Shown: positions 52,865 to 62,779, counted from the first letter of the stretch. The stretch is 64,000 nt of DNA from an uncultured Actinomycetota bacterium (GCA_963762795.1 CAVXMC010000002.1:765951-829950), one strand, 5' to 3'. Program-made: numbers and translations. The notes: generated from the sequence alone by a model not told the origin.

Positions 52865-53263
52865 TTGCTCCTGGTCCTGATCAGCGGTTACCGGCGCTGG
52901 GTCTCCCCGCTGCTCGGTCCGCGGTGCCGCTTCGCGCCCAGCTGCAGCGCGTACGCCGCTGAGGCGCTGGCCGTCCACGGAGCCGCCCGCGGCTCGTGGC
53001 TGGCGCTGCGCCGGGTGCTCCGGTGCCACCCGTTCCACCCCGGCGGGCACGACCCGGTGCCTCCCGCGCGTTCATCAGCGACGATGGAGGTCGGCGCCTC
53101 GGCGCCGCGCACCGCGCACCCCCCGCGCCGCCGCACCGTCCGTCCGTACCGATCGCCCGTCCACCGCTGCCCGTCCCAGGAGCTGAACCCGTGTTCGATG
53201 TGCTCGCCGCGCCCGTGGCGCTGGTCCTGCGGACGATCCACTCGGGGCTGTCGACGTTCCTGA
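52865..53263 (+). CDS. yidD: membrane protein insertion efficiency factor YidD (3' end uncertain)
   Basis: A TTG start is used. The conserved core is [56 protein letters not shown]. After that the ORF becomes Arg-rich and overlaps yidC by 73 nt. A neighbouring frame would stop at about 53184, just before yidC. Confidence 0.7.
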   Translation: MLLVLISGYRRWVSPLLGPRCRFAPSCSAYAAEALAVHGAARGSWLALRRVLRCHPFHPGGHDPVPPARSSATMEVGASAPRTAHPPRRRTVRPYRSPVHRCPSQELNPCSMCSPRPWRWSCGRSTRGCRRS

Positions 53264-54207
53264 TCTCCGGCAGCGGCCCGGCCTGGGGCCTGTCGATCGT
53301 CCTGCTGACGATCACCGTGCGGCTCGTGCTCTTCCCGCTGTTCGTCAAGCAGATCAAGTCGCAGCGGCGCATGCAGGAGATCGCGCCGAAGGTGAAGGAG
53401 CTGCAGAAGCTCCACAAGGGCGACCGCGAGACGCTCAACACCGAGATGATGAAGCTGTACAAGGACCACGGTGCCAACCCGATCTCGGGCTGCCTGCCGC
53501 TGGTCCTGCAGCTGCCGGTCTTCTTCGCGCTGTTCAGCGTCATCCGCGAGTTCAAGCCCGGCGCCCGTCCGAAGTACGGCATGACCGCCCAGCTGCTCGA
53601 GGAGGGCGGCCGGGCGAAGATCTTCGGCGCCCCGATCAGCGCGGCGTTCAACAGCCCGCAGTCGCTGCTCGAGGAGCTCGGCGGCGGCCAGCTGACCGTG
53701 CGGATCGTCGCCTTCATCATGGTCGTGCTGATGGGCGCGTCGACCTTCTACACGCAGAAGCAGATGATGGCCCGCGCGGGCACGGTCACCGACCCGCAGC
53801 AGATCATGGTCCAGAAGATCATGCTCTACGTCCTGCCGTTCTCCTTCTGCATCTCCGGTGTCTTCTTCCCGGTCGGCGTCCTGCTCTACTGGCTGACCAC
53901 CAACCTGTGGTCGATGGGCCAGCAGGCCTGGGTCATCAAGCGGATGCCACCGGTCCAGCCGGGCGGCACGGCGAGCGGCGGCGGCAAGGGCGGGGGCCGC
54001 AGCGGCGGCTCCGGCGGCGGTCCCGTGGACCTGGGCAAGGGGCCGAAGGGTGGCGCCGGCGCGACCGCGACCGACGGTGCGGCCTCGACCGCCGCGGAGT
54101 CCTCCGGGGGCTCGGTCGCCGTCGCCACGCAGCCGGTCAAGCCGTCCGGCGGCCGCGCGGCAGGCAGCCGCAAGAACAAGAAGAAGCCACGGGGCGGCCG
54201 GCGCTAG
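53191..54207 (+). CDS. yidC: membrane protein insertase YidC
   Basis: A GTG at residue 66 of ORF 52996..54207 is preceded by AGGAG. The sequence reads ...[35 protein letters not shown]...[16 protein letters not shown]...[14 protein letters not shown], with a Gly/Lys-rich tail. Confidence 0.9.
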   Translation: MFDVLAAPVALVLRTIHSGLSTFLISGSGPAWGLSIVLLTITVRLVLFPLFVKQIKSQRRMQEIAPKVKELQKLHKGDRETLNTEMMKLYKDHGANPISGCLPLVLQLPVFFALFSVIREFKPGARPKYGMTAQLLEEGGRAKIFGAPISAAFNSPQSLLEELGGGQLTVRIVAFIMVVLMGASTFYTQKQMMARAGTVTDPQQIMVQKIMLYVLPFSFCISGVFFPVGVLLYWLTTNLWSMGQQAWVIKRMPPVQPGGTASGGGKGGGRSGGSGGGPVDLGKGPKGGAGATATDGAASTAAESSGGSVAVATQPVKPSGGRAAGSRKNKKKPRGGRR

Positions 54208-54262
54208 TCGCCGTCCTCCTCGTCCACAGCCTCACCCGTACGACTGCCGAAGGGCCCTCCGC

Positions 54263-54772
54263 GTGACCGACACTGCCGACGTGACCACCGCTGCTGACAC
54301 GACCGAGCCCGAGGACCTGCTGGTCCAGGAGGGCGACATCGCCGGCGACTACCTCGAGCGCCTGCTCGACATCGCCGACGTCGACGGCGACATCGACATG
54401 GACGTCGAGGGCGAGCGGGCCGTCGTCGCGATCGTCGGCGACGACCTCGACGCGCTGGTCGGGCCCAACGGCACCGTCCTCGAGGCGCTGCAGGAGCTGA
54501 CCCGCCTCGCCGTCGTGCAGCAGACCGGCGTGCGCAGCCGGCTGATGCTCGACATCGGCGGCTGGCGCGCCGGCCGCAAGACCCAGCTCACCGAGATCGG
54601 CACCCGTACCGCGCAGCGGGTGCTCGAGTCCGGCGAGCGGGTCGTGCTGGCGCCGATGACGCCCTTCGAGCGCAAGGTCGTCCACGACGCGGTCGCCGCC
54701 GTCGCCGGCGTCCACAGCGAGTCCGAGGGCGTCGAGCCCGAGCGACGCGTCGTGGTCCTGCCCGGCGCGTGA
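54263..54772 (+). CDS. jag: Jag/KhpB-type RNA-binding protein (KH + R3H)
   Basis: A GTG at residue 72 of ORF 54050..54772 starts the gene. The R3H end reads ...LAPMTPFERKVVHDAVAAVAGVHSESEGVEPERRVVVLP. Confidence 0.85.
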   Translation: MTDTADVTTAADTTEPEDLLVQEGDIAGDYLERLLDIADVDGDIDMDVEGERAVVAIVGDDLDALVGPNGTVLEALQELTRLAVVQQTGVRSRLMLDIGGWRAGRKTQLTEIGTRTAQRVLESGERVVLAPMTPFERKVVHDAVAAVAGVHSESEGVEPERRVVVLPGA

Positions 54773-55461
54773 CCGCGCCTCCTCCTCCCCCCTCCGCCGG
54801 CGCCGTCTTCGGCGACCGGCTGCCGCTGGTCCAGGCGTACGCGGAGCTGCTCGCGACCGCGGGCGTCGAGCGCGGCCTGCTCGGGCCGCGCGAGGCGCCC
54901 CGCCTGTGGGAGCGCCACCTGCTGAACTGCGCCGGGGTGGCCGAGCTGTTCGAGCCCGGCACGACCGTGCTCGACCTGGGCTCCGGTGCCGGGCTGCCGG
55001 GCATCGTGCTCGCGGCGGCCCGGCCCGACCTCACGGTCGTGCTGGTCGAGCCGCTGCTGCGGCGGGCCACCTTCCTCACCGAGGCGGTCGAGTCGCTCGG
55101 CCTGTCCGGCGTGCTCGTCCGGCGGGCCCGGGCCGAGGAGCTGGTCGGCACGCTCCTGGTCGACGCCGTCACCGCCCGTGCCGTCGCACCGCTCGACCGG
55201 CTGGCCGGCTGGGCGCTCCCCCTGCTGCACCCCGGCGGCCGCCTCGTCGCGCTGAAGGGCGAGCAGGCCGACGCCGAGCTCGCCACGGCCGGCAACGCCC
55301 TGCAGCAGGCCGGCGGCACGAACGGCCGGGTGCTCGACGTCGGCTCCGACGAGCTCGGGACCTCCGCCCGCGTCGTGGTCGTCGACCGGTCAGCAGCCGC
55401 GGTGCCGGCCGCGCGCACGCCCAGGAGCGGCAACCGCCAGCCCTACCGGGGTCGACGGTGA
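54769..55461 (+). CDS. rsmG: 16S rRNA (guanine527-N7)-methyltransferase
   Basis: The ORF-track gives 230 aa: ...LWERHLLNCA...VLDLGSGAGLPGIVLA...VEPLLRR..FL. The start overlaps the jag stop. Confidence 0.9.
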   Translation: MTAPPPPPSAGAVFGDRLPLVQAYAELLATAGVERGLLGPREAPRLWERHLLNCAGVAELFEPGTTVLDLGSGAGLPGIVLAAARPDLTVVLVEPLLRRATFLTEAVESLGLSGVLVRRARAEELVGTLLVDAVTARAVAPLDRLAGWALPLLHPGGRLVALKGEQADAELATAGNALQQAGGTNGRVLDVGSDELGTSARVVVVDRSAAAVPAARTPRSGNRQPYRGRR

Positions 55462-55594
55462 CCGGCCTGGGCTGGCCCGCACCCGAGCCGTCGTCCCCGC
55501 CGCCGGCGCCCACCACGCCGCTGGGCTGGCCGGTCGAGGGCCCCGGGTCGCCGGGCGAGCCGCTGCACCCGGTCGCCGCCGAGGACGCCCCCGC

Positions 55595-56749
55595 ATGAGC
55601 CCCGACTCCCCGTCCAGCCAGGAGGTGCCTGTGGACCCCCGGCCCGCGCCTGCGCGCCACGCGTACGCGCCGCGTCCCGCGCCCAGCATCGACGTGCGCC
55701 CGGGGGCAGCGGCACCGGTGGAAGCACCCGCCCCGGCTGCTCCTGCGATCGCCCCCGCAAATGCCGCTCCCGCCGCTCCGGTGGACCTGCCGCCGGCTGC
55801 TGAGCCGGACCCGGGCGAGGAGGACGCCGCCGAGTCGCTGCGCCACTCCCTGCGCGAGTCCGCCGCGGCGGCCGAGGAGAGCGAGACCCCGATCGGCGCC
55901 GCCGCGGCGGCAGCGGTCCGGATCCTCACAGGGCGCGGCTTCGAGCCTTTTCCGAGCCCGCCCGCGCTGCGCGTGATCACCGTTGCCAACCAGAAGGGCG
56001 GCGTGGGCAAGACGACGAGCACGGTCAACCTCGCGGTCGCGCTCGCGCTGCACGGCGCCAACGTCCTCGTCGTCGACCTCGACCCGCAGGGCAACGCCAG
56101 CACCGCCCTCGGCGTCGAGCACCACGTCGGCACGCCCGACGTCTACTCCGTGCTGGTCGGCGGCCGGCCGATCGCCGAGGTCGTCCAGCCGGCCGACGGC
56201 GTGCCGCGGCTCTGGTGCGTCCCGGCGACCATCGACCTGGCCGGCGCCGAGATCGAGCTGGTCAGCATGGTGGCGCGTGAGTCGCGCCTGCAGCGGGCGA
56301 TCCAGGCCTACGTCCAGGCCGAGGGCCAGCACCTGGACTACGTCCTCGTCGACTGCCCGCCGAGCCTCGGCCTGCTGACCGTCAACGCGATGGTCGCCAC
56401 GCAGGAGGTGCTCATCCCGATCCAGTGCGAGTACTACGCCCTGGAGGGGCTGTCCCAGCTGCTCAAGACCATCGAGCTGGTCCGCGCCAACCTCAACCAG
56501 GCACTGGCCGTCTCGACCATCCTGCTGACCATGTACGACGGGCGCACGCGGCTCGCCGACCAGGTCGCCGAGGAGGTGCGCAGCCACTTCGGTGACGTCG
56601 TGCTGAGCACGCTGGTGCCGCGCAGCGTCCGGGTCTCCGAGGCCCCGGGCTACGGGCAGTCGGTCATCACCTACGACCCTGGCTCGCGCGGCGCGGTGGC
56701 CTACGTCGAGGCGGCCCGCGAGATCGCGCAGCGCGGGAGCGCCGCATGA
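55595..56749 (+). CDS. parA: chromosome partitioning ATPase ParA/Soj with long Pro/Ala-rich N-terminal extension
   Basis: The ORF-track gives 384 aa. The deviant Walker A is [18 protein letters not shown], and the DLDPQGN and VDCPPSLG motifs are present. Confidence 0.9.
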   Translation: MSPDSPSSQEVPVDPRPAPARHAYAPRPAPSIDVRPGAAAPVEAPAPAAPAIAPANAAPAAPVDLPPAAEPDPGEEDAAESLRHSLRESAAAAEESETPIGAAAAAAVRILTGRGFEPFPSPPALRVITVANQKGGVGKTTSTVNLAVALALHGANVLVVDLDPQGNASTALGVEHHVGTPDVYSVLVGGRPIAEVVQPADGVPRLWCVPATIDLAGAEIELVSMVARESRLQRAIQAYVQAEGQHLDYVLVDCPPSLGLLTVNAMVATQEVLIPIQCEYYALEGLSQLLKTIELVRANLNQALAVSTILLTMYDGRTRLADQVAEEVRSHFGDVVLSTLVPRSVRVSEAPGYGQSVITYDPGSRGAVAYVEAAREIAQRGSAA

Positions 56750-57657
56750 CCAACCCGCGCAGCCGAGGGCTCGGCCGTGGGCTGGGCGCCCTGATCCCGT
56801 CGACGCCCGAGCCGGCGGAGTCCAGCCCGGCCGAGGCCGGTGTGGAGGGAGCCCGCTTCGCCGAGCTGCCGGTCGACAGCATCACGCCCAACGCGGTGCA
56901 GCCGCGTACGCACTTCGACGAGGAGGCCCTCGCCGAGCTGGTGGTCTCCATCCGGGAGATCGGGCTGCTGCAGCCGGTCGTGGTGCGCGAGACGGCGCCC
57001 GGGGCGTACGAGCTGGTCATGGGCGAGCGGCGCTGGCGCGCGTCGAAGCAGGCCGGCCTCGCGACGATCCCGGCGATCGTGCGGCAGACCGCCGACGACG
57101 CGATGCTCCGGGACGCGCTGCTGGAGAACCTGCACCGCCAGCAGCTGAACCCGCTCGAGGAGGCGGCTGCCTACGCGCAGCTGCTCGAGGAGTTCGGCAC
57201 CACGCACGAGGAGCTGGCCACGCGGATCGGCCGCTCGCGGCCGCAGATCTCCAACACGATCCGCCTGCTCAACCTCCCGCCGGCCGTGCAGCGCCGGGTC
57301 GCCGCCGGGGTGCTGTCGGCCGGCCACGCCCGCGCCATCCTCGGCCTCGGCAGCTCCGAGGCGCAGGAGGCGATGGCGGTGCGCATCGTCGCCGAGGGCA
57401 TGTCGGTGCGCGCGGTGGAGGAGGCGGTGGCGCTGGCCACCAGCTCGCCGGAGGACGACGACGCCCCGGCCCGTCCGCGCGGCCGGCGCAGCACCCCGGC
57501 CGAGTACCTCGCAGTGGCCGACCGGCTCGCCGACCGCCTGGAGACCAGGGTGAAGGTCGACGGCGGCAAGGGCCGCGGCAAGGTCGTCATCGAGTTCGCC
57601 GGCCCGGAGGACCTGGCCCGCATCCTGGGTGTGCTGGAGGGCGAGCAGCATCAGTAG
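56746..57657 (+). CDS. parB: chromosome partitioning protein ParB/Spo0J
   Basis: The ORF-track gives 303 aa: [12 protein letters not shown]...IVRQ...GERRWRA (CTP/arginine patch)...[21 protein letters not shown]. The ATG overlaps the parA stop. Confidence 0.95.
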   Translation: MTNPRSRGLGRGLGALIPSTPEPAESSPAEAGVEGARFAELPVDSITPNAVQPRTHFDEEALAELVVSIREIGLLQPVVVRETAPGAYELVMGERRWRASKQAGLATIPAIVRQTADDAMLRDALLENLHRQQLNPLEEAAAYAQLLEEFGTTHEELATRIGRSRPQISNTIRLLNLPPAVQRRVAAGVLSAGHARAILGLGSSEAQEAMAVRIVAEGMSVRAVEEAVALATSSPEDDDAPARPRGRRSTPAEYLAVADRLADRLETRVKVDGGKGRGKVVIEFAGPEDLARILGVLEGEQHQ

Positions 57658-57664
57658 GCCGCGA

Positions 57665-57704
57665 CGCAGACCGCCCCGCAGCAGGAGCTGCGGGGCGTTC
57701 TGCG
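57665..57704. terminator. bidirectional intrinsic-terminator-like hairpin between parB and the M4 protease remnant
   Basis: The element reads CGCAGA-CC-GCCCCGCAGC-AGGA-GCTGCGGGGC-GT-TCTGCG. It consists of a 10-bp GC stem with a 4-nt loop plus an outer 6-bp helix. A T-containing stretch GTGTTGCTTGTG follows. Confidence 0.7.
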
Positions 57705-57718
57705 TGTTGCTTGTGCGG

Positions 57719-59396
57719 CTAGCGGACCTGCAGGACTGCTGGCTTCGACGTCGTCACGTTCAGGGCCAGCCACACGTCCGTCACGGTCTGAGCGGATGCC
57801 GCGCCGTACAGCTCCAGTGCGGCCGCGTTCTGTAGCGCCCCGGGCCGCTGCGTAGTCGCTGCTGCTCGTCATGTACTTGGTCAGCGCGTCGTACCAGATC
57901 TCGGCGGCCGCGTCCCGGCCGATGCCCTGGAGCGTGGAGACACCACTGGCGTCCGCAGCGGCGCTTGTCGCACAGAGGTCGTCTGCGCCCCGAACGCAGA
58001 GGCGCTTCCCTCCGCCAGCAGGAAGAAGAAGCGGTTGCGCGAGGCCGGAGGAGTAGTGGACGTCGAGGCTGCCGATGCCGGAGGAGTAGCAGTCCGGCGA
58101 GGAGCCGTCGAGCGACGGCTGGTACATGAAGCGCAGAGGCTTGGCATCCCCGGCGTTGGGACGATCTTCTCGCCGATCTTGTAGTCGCGGCGTGTCGAGA
58201 GCGTTGTCGGCCCAGAACTCGACCATGGTCCCGAAGATGTCGCTGGTGGCCTCGTTGAGGCCGCCGGACTCGCCGGAGTAGGTGAGGTTGGCCGTGCGGC
58301 TGGTGACGCCGTGGCTCATCTCGTGGCCGGCCACGTCGAGCGAGACGAGCGGGTTGAACTGCACGCCGTCGCCGTCGCCGAACGTCATGCAGAAGCAGGA
58401 GTCGGACCAGAAGGCGTTGTTGTAGCTGCGCCCGTAGTGCACCCGGCTCGGCGCGCCCTGTGCCGTCGTTGGCGATGCCGTTGCGGCCGAAGGCGCTCCT
58501 GGTAGAAGTCCCAGGTCTGCGCCGACGCCGTAGTCGGCGTCCACCGCGGCGGTCTGAGCGTCGGCCTTGTTGCCGAGGGTGCCGAAGATGCCGTCCGCTC
58601 GGTGACCAGCGCCCCGTGCCGGAGGTCCGGCCCTTGAGGTCGGAGGTCGTCGCACTGCCGCGTGTCTGGTCCTTCAGGCTGAAGGTGCCGCTGGTGAGCG
58701 TGACCGTGAGCGGAAGGCCGCCGAGGTAGAGGCTGTTGCCGGTGGCCGCGGTGGCCGTGGCGCTCGTGCCGCTGGTCGGTCCCGGCGTCGGCTTCACCGG
58801 CTTGGCGGTCTGGATGTCGTCGGAGGACTCCAGCACCCGCTCGTCGGCCGCGTCGACGAGCACGTGCAGCTCGCTCGGGTCGCCGGCGGTGGTGGTCCCG
58901 CGGACGACGGTGTCGTACGCCAGGCGGGGGCTGGCCGTGCGCGTGGTGACGGACAGGACGGGGGTGTCGACGGCGTCGACGGTGCCGCGGAAGCTGGCCC
59001 GGCGCGACGGCGGCGGCCCGCTCGCTGCTCACCGACGGGGTCGTGCCGAGGCGGAGCGCCGGACCGCTGCGTCTTGCTGACGCCCTTGAGCTTGCCCTCG
59101 GAGGTGTCGTGCACGACGACGTCGCCGCCGAGGACCGGCAGGCCGCGGTAGGTGCGGTCGTAGCGGACGTGCTCGTCACCGCTGTCGTCCAGCACGACGT
59201 CACGGACGACGAAGCGCTCGTCCGGACCGGCCGCGACAGCGTCGCGGTGGGCGGCGATGCTGCGGTCGGCGCGGACGACGGCGTCACGACGCTTCTCGTC
59301 CGGGCTGGGAGCTGCGGCGGCGCTGCCGGCGGTCGCGGTGGCCGCGAGACCGGCCAGCAGGGTGGTCGTGCACAGGAAGGCGGTGGAGCGCTTCAC
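57719..59396 (-). pseudogene. secreted M4 (thermolysin-like) metalloprotease, about 12 frame switches
   Basis: A signal peptide (VKRSTAFLCTTTLLAGLAATATAGSAAAAP) starts from the GTG at 59396. A propeptide-like HVRYDRTYRGLPVLGGDVVVH follows. HEMSH lies at 58311-58325 and GGLNEATSDIFG, HYSSG.ANRFFFLLAEG and the C-terminal ...IWYDALTKYMTSSSDYAAAR...LELYGA...VTDVWLALNV are present. These family segments are scattered over all three frames (ORFs 58794..59957, 58385..59287, 57781..58863, 57651..58655 and 57881..58147). Confidence 0.75.
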
Positions 59397-59518
59397 GCAG
59401 GTCCTCGAGGGTCGCCGGAGGCGGCGAGCACTCGCCGCGCAAGCAGTGTCCGGGCTCGTGTCCGGTTCGTACATAGTCCGACCGGACCATCCCGTTCGCC
59501 CGGATGAGCAGCGCCGGC

Positions 59519-60463
59519 TCAGCTCCGGCGGGTGGCGGCCTGCTCGAGCAGGGCGCGCAGGAGGGCCCCGAAGCCGAGACCCGCGGCGTCGACCGCCATC
59601 GGCAGCAGCGACGTCTCGGTCATGCCCGGTGCGACGTTGACCTCGAGCAGGTGCGGGGTGCCGTCGGCGTCGACGATGGCGTCGACCCGCGACACGTCGC
59701 GCAGCCCGAGCACGGTGTGGGCGGTGACGGCGACCCGGCCCACCTCCGCCGCGACGGCGTCGTCGAGGCGGGCCGGCGCGAAGTACTCGGTCTGACCGGC
59801 GGTGTAGCGCGAGGTGTAGTCGTAGACGCCGGACAGCGGCCGGACCTCGACGGCCGGCAGTGCCTGCGGACCATCGCCGGTGTCGACGACCGTGACCGCG
59901 ACCTCGGTCCCGGTGACGAACTGCTCGACCAGCGCCCCCTCGCCGTAGGAGAAGCACGACACCATCGCGGCCGGCAGCTCGTCGGCCTTGTCGACCGCGG
60001 TGGCGCCGAGCGCGGAGCCGCCGCGGGACGGCTTGACCATGAGCGGCAGCCCGAGGTGGGCGACCAGGCGGTCGAGCACGGCGCCGGCGCCCAGCTCGCG
60101 GAACGCGGCGTGCGGCAGGACGACCGAGCCCGGCGTCACCAGGCCGGCCCGGCGCCAGGCGGCCTTGGCGGTCGGCTTGTCCCAGGCGGCGCGGCAGGCG
60201 TCGGGGGTCGACCCGACGTAGGGCGTGCCGACCAGCTCGAGCACCTCGCGCAGCGCGCCGTCCTCACCGGCGCCACCGTGCAGGGCGACGAGCGCGGCGT
60301 CGTACGGCGCGTCCTCCAGCGTGCGCAGCAGCTGGGCGTCGGCGTCGCGGACGTCGACCTCGAGCCCCTCGGCGCGCAGGGCGTCGGCGACCCGGCGACC
60401 CGAGCGCAGCGAGACGTCGCGCTCGTGGGACAGCCCGCCGGCGAGGACCAGGTAGCGGCTCAT
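59519..60463 (-). CDS. ddl: D-alanine--D-alanine ligase (ATP-grasp)
   Basis: These are the last 314 codons of ORF 59519..61789, from MSRYLVLAGGLSHERDVSLRSG. The sequence ...ALHGGAGEDGALRE.LE..G.PYVGS...MVKPSRGGSALG...EVNVAPGMTETSL is present. The ATG overlaps the aminotransferase stop (ATGA). Confidence 0.9.
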   Translation of the reverse strand: MSRYLVLAGGLSHERDVSLRSGRRVADALRAEGLEVDVRDADAQLLRTLEDAPYDAALVALHGGAGEDGALREVLELVGTPYVGSTPDACRAAWDKPTAKAAWRRAGLVTPGSVVLPHAAFRELGAGAVLDRLVAHLGLPLMVKPSRGGSALGATAVDKADELPAAMVSCFSYGEGALVEQFVTGTEVAVTVVDTGDGPQALPAVEVRPLSGVYDYTSRYTAGQTEYFAPARLDDAVAAEVGRVAVTAHTVLGLRDVSRVDAIVDADGTPHLLEVNVAPGMTETSLLPMAVDAAGLGFGALLRALLEQAATRRS

Positions 60464-61789
60464 GCCATGTCCGGGGCGGGGGTCTGGGCGGAGGGCCGGG
60501 ACGTCCGCGAGCTGGTCACCGGGCCGAACGTCGCCCGCAGGTCGAGCTCGGCCTCGACCACACCGGCGAGGCGGCGCACGCCCTCGCGGATGCGGTCGGG
60601 CTCGGGGAAGCAGTAGGACAGGCGCATCTCGCCGCTGCCCCTGGCCGTCGGCGTAGAAGCCGATGCCCGGGACGTACGCGACGCGCGCCGTGATCGCGCG
60701 GGGCTGCATCACCTTGGCGTCGAGCCCCTCGGGCAGGGTCGTCCAGACGTAGAAGCCGCCGGTGGGGTGGGTCCAGGTCGTGCCGGCCGGCATCAGCTGG
60801 GTCAGCGAGTCGAGCATCGCGTCGCGCCGCTCCCGGTAGATGTCCTTGAAGACCTCGACCTGGCCCTGCCAGTCCTGCGTGGTCAGGTACTCCACGACGG
60901 CCATCTGGTTCAGCGCCGGCGGGCACAGCACGGAGGCCTCGGCCGCGAGCACGAGCTTCTCCCGTACGGCGTGGGGCGCCAGCACCCAGCCCACCCGCAG
61001 GCCGGGAGCGAAGGTCTTGGAGAACGAGCCGAGGTAGACGACGTCGTCCTCGCCGCCGCGCGCGCGGATCGCCCGGACCGGCGGGCCGTCGAACCCGAGC
61101 AGGCCGTACGGGTTGTCCTCGAGCACCAGCAGGCCGGCCTCCTGGCAGATCGCCAGGACCTCGTCGCGCCGCGGGTCGGACAGCGACGTGCCGGCCGGGT
61201 TGTGGAAGTTGGGGATCGTGTAGAGGAACTTCGCCCGGCCCCCCGCGGCGGCGATCGCCTCGCGCAGCGCCTCGGGCTGCAGCCCGTCGGCGTCCATGGC
61301 CAGGTGGCGGACCTCGGCCTGGTAGGCCGCGAAGGTGCCGAGCGCGCCGACGTACGACGGCGCCTCCGCGAGCACGATGTCGCCCGGGTCGACGAAGATC
61401 CTCGTGACGAGGTCGAGCGCGTGCTGCGAGCCGACGGTGACGACGACGTCCTCAGGGCTCGCGCTGATCCCCTCGAGCGCCATGACCTCGCAGATGAGCT
61501 CGCGCAGGGCTGGGTCGCCCTGGCCTGAGCCGTACTGCAGTGCCGCAGCGCCGCGGGTCGCCAGCAGGTCGCTGAGCAGCTTGCCGACCGCGTCGAGCGG
61601 CAGCGCGGTCGTGTAGGGCATGCCGCCCGCCAGCGACACCACCTCGGGCCGGCTCGCGACGGCGAACAGCGCCCGGATCTCGGAGGCCGTCATCCCGGCC
61701 GTCCGCGCGGCGTAACGACCGGTGAAGGCGTCCAGGGTCCCCCCTGACATGCCTCCTGACCGGACGGGCTGCGGGGGACGTGGCTCCAT
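60460..61789 (-). CDS. PLP-dependent aminotransferase, class I/II fold (Aro8/LysN-like) (frame broken near 60640)
   Basis: The sequence ...MTASEIRALF...LAGGMP...QYG...G...LRE...PSYVGAL...NFHNPAG...GSFSKTFAPGLRVGW (PLP Lys) lies in ORF 59519..61789. After ...YVPGIGFYADGQG the family-like ending SGEMRLSYCFPEPDRIREGVRRLAGVV... lies in another frame that stops at 60460. One extra C sits in a C-run near 60637-60641. The start is uncertain, either Met1 or Met14. Confidence 0.8.
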
Positions 61790-62048
61790 GGCCCGAGGTT
61801 ACCCGCGGGGTCGTGACCTGCTCTTCTCCTTTTCCGCCCGGCTGGTTACGCTCCGTGCCAGCGCGCCCCCGTCTGATGGAGCCCTCCGTGCCTGTGCAGG
61901 TCCCTCGGCCGCGTGCCCGTGCGGTCCGCCGGGTGAGCGTCGGCTTCGTGCTCGGCGTCCTCGGCGGGTGGGTGGCCGGCCTGCTGCGCGCGCCCAAGGT
62001 CCCGCGATGAAGGTGCCCCGATGAGCCGCCGGGCTGTCTCGATCACGC

Positions 62049-62639
62049 TTGGACAACCTCGACGACCTGCCGGTCCGCTGCCGCAGCTGCGTGTTCTGGG
62101 AGCTCGACCCGCTCGCCGGCGAGCGCGCGCTGCTGGCCGGCGACACGTCGTTCGAGAAGGAGTCGTGGGTCTCCGCGACGCTGCTGGAGTGGGGCTCCTG
62201 CGGCAAGGTCGTCTACGTCGACGGGGCGCCCGCAGGCTTCGTGATGTACGCCCCGCCGTCCTACGTCCCGCGCTCGGTCGCCTTCCCGACCTCGCCGGTC
62301 AGCGCCGACGCGGTGCTGCTGATGACCGGCCACGTCGTGCCCGACTTCGCCGGCGGCGGCATCGGCCGCACGCTGCTGCAGGGCGTCGCCAAGGACCTCA
62401 CCCGCCGCGGCGTCCGGGCGATCGAGGCCTTCGGCGACGAGAAGTGGGAGTCGCCCGCCTGCGTGCTGCCCGCGGAGCACCTGCGCGCGGTCGGCTTCAA
62501 GACGGTGCGGCCGCACCACCGCTTCCCGCGTCTGCGGCTGGAGCTGAAGACGGCGGTGTCCTGGCGCGAGGACGTCGAGGTCGCGCTCGAGCGGCTGCTC
62601 GGCTCGATGAGCCCGGACCCGCTGCTCCGCCCCGTCTGA
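62049..62639 (+). CDS. GNAT family N-acetyltransferase with N-terminal Cys pair
   Basis: The ORF-track gives 196 aa from a TTG start. The sequence LPVRCRSCVFWE... and the acetyl-CoA loop GGGIGRTLLQGVAKDL are present. Confidence 0.75.
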   Translation: MDNLDDLPVRCRSCVFWELDPLAGERALLAGDTSFEKESWVSATLLEWGSCGKVVYVDGAPAGFVMYAPPSYVPRSVAFPTSPVSADAVLLMTGHVVPDFAGGGIGRTLLQGVAKDLTRRGVRAIEAFGDEKWESPACVLPAEHLRAVGFKTVRPHHRFPRLRLELKTAVSWREDVEVALERLLGSMSPDPLLRPV

Positions 62640-62734
62640 CCCGGCGCCCCGCCTCGCCCCTTCCGGCGACTTCCCCTGCGTGAGCACACCTCTGCGGCCC
62701 GTGATCATGGGCTGCGGTAGGGGACGTGGGCGCT

Positions 62735-62779
62735 GGGGAGCGGGCGGGCGAGGGCGGGCGAGGGCGGGCGAGGGCCGGG
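62735..62779 (+). repeat. G-tract array: 3 perfect copies of GGGCGGGCGA plus flanking G-runs (9 G3+ tracts)
   Basis: G-runs lie at 62735-38, 42-44, 46-48, 52-54, 56-58, 62-64, 66-68, 72-74 and 77-79, with 1-3 nt loops. Positions were checked against ORF 62680. The array lies in the convergent GNAT/Nudix spacer. Confidence 0.6.

Noticed and set aside
61876-62010. This is a 44-codon ORF (MEPSVPVQVPRPRARAVRRVSVGFVLGVLGGWVAGLLRAPKVPR) upstream of the GNAT gene.
   Set aside because: It has one plausible TM helix and high third-position GC. However, I saw no Shine-Dalgarno sequence and recall no matching family, so the evidence is too weak to list as a gene.
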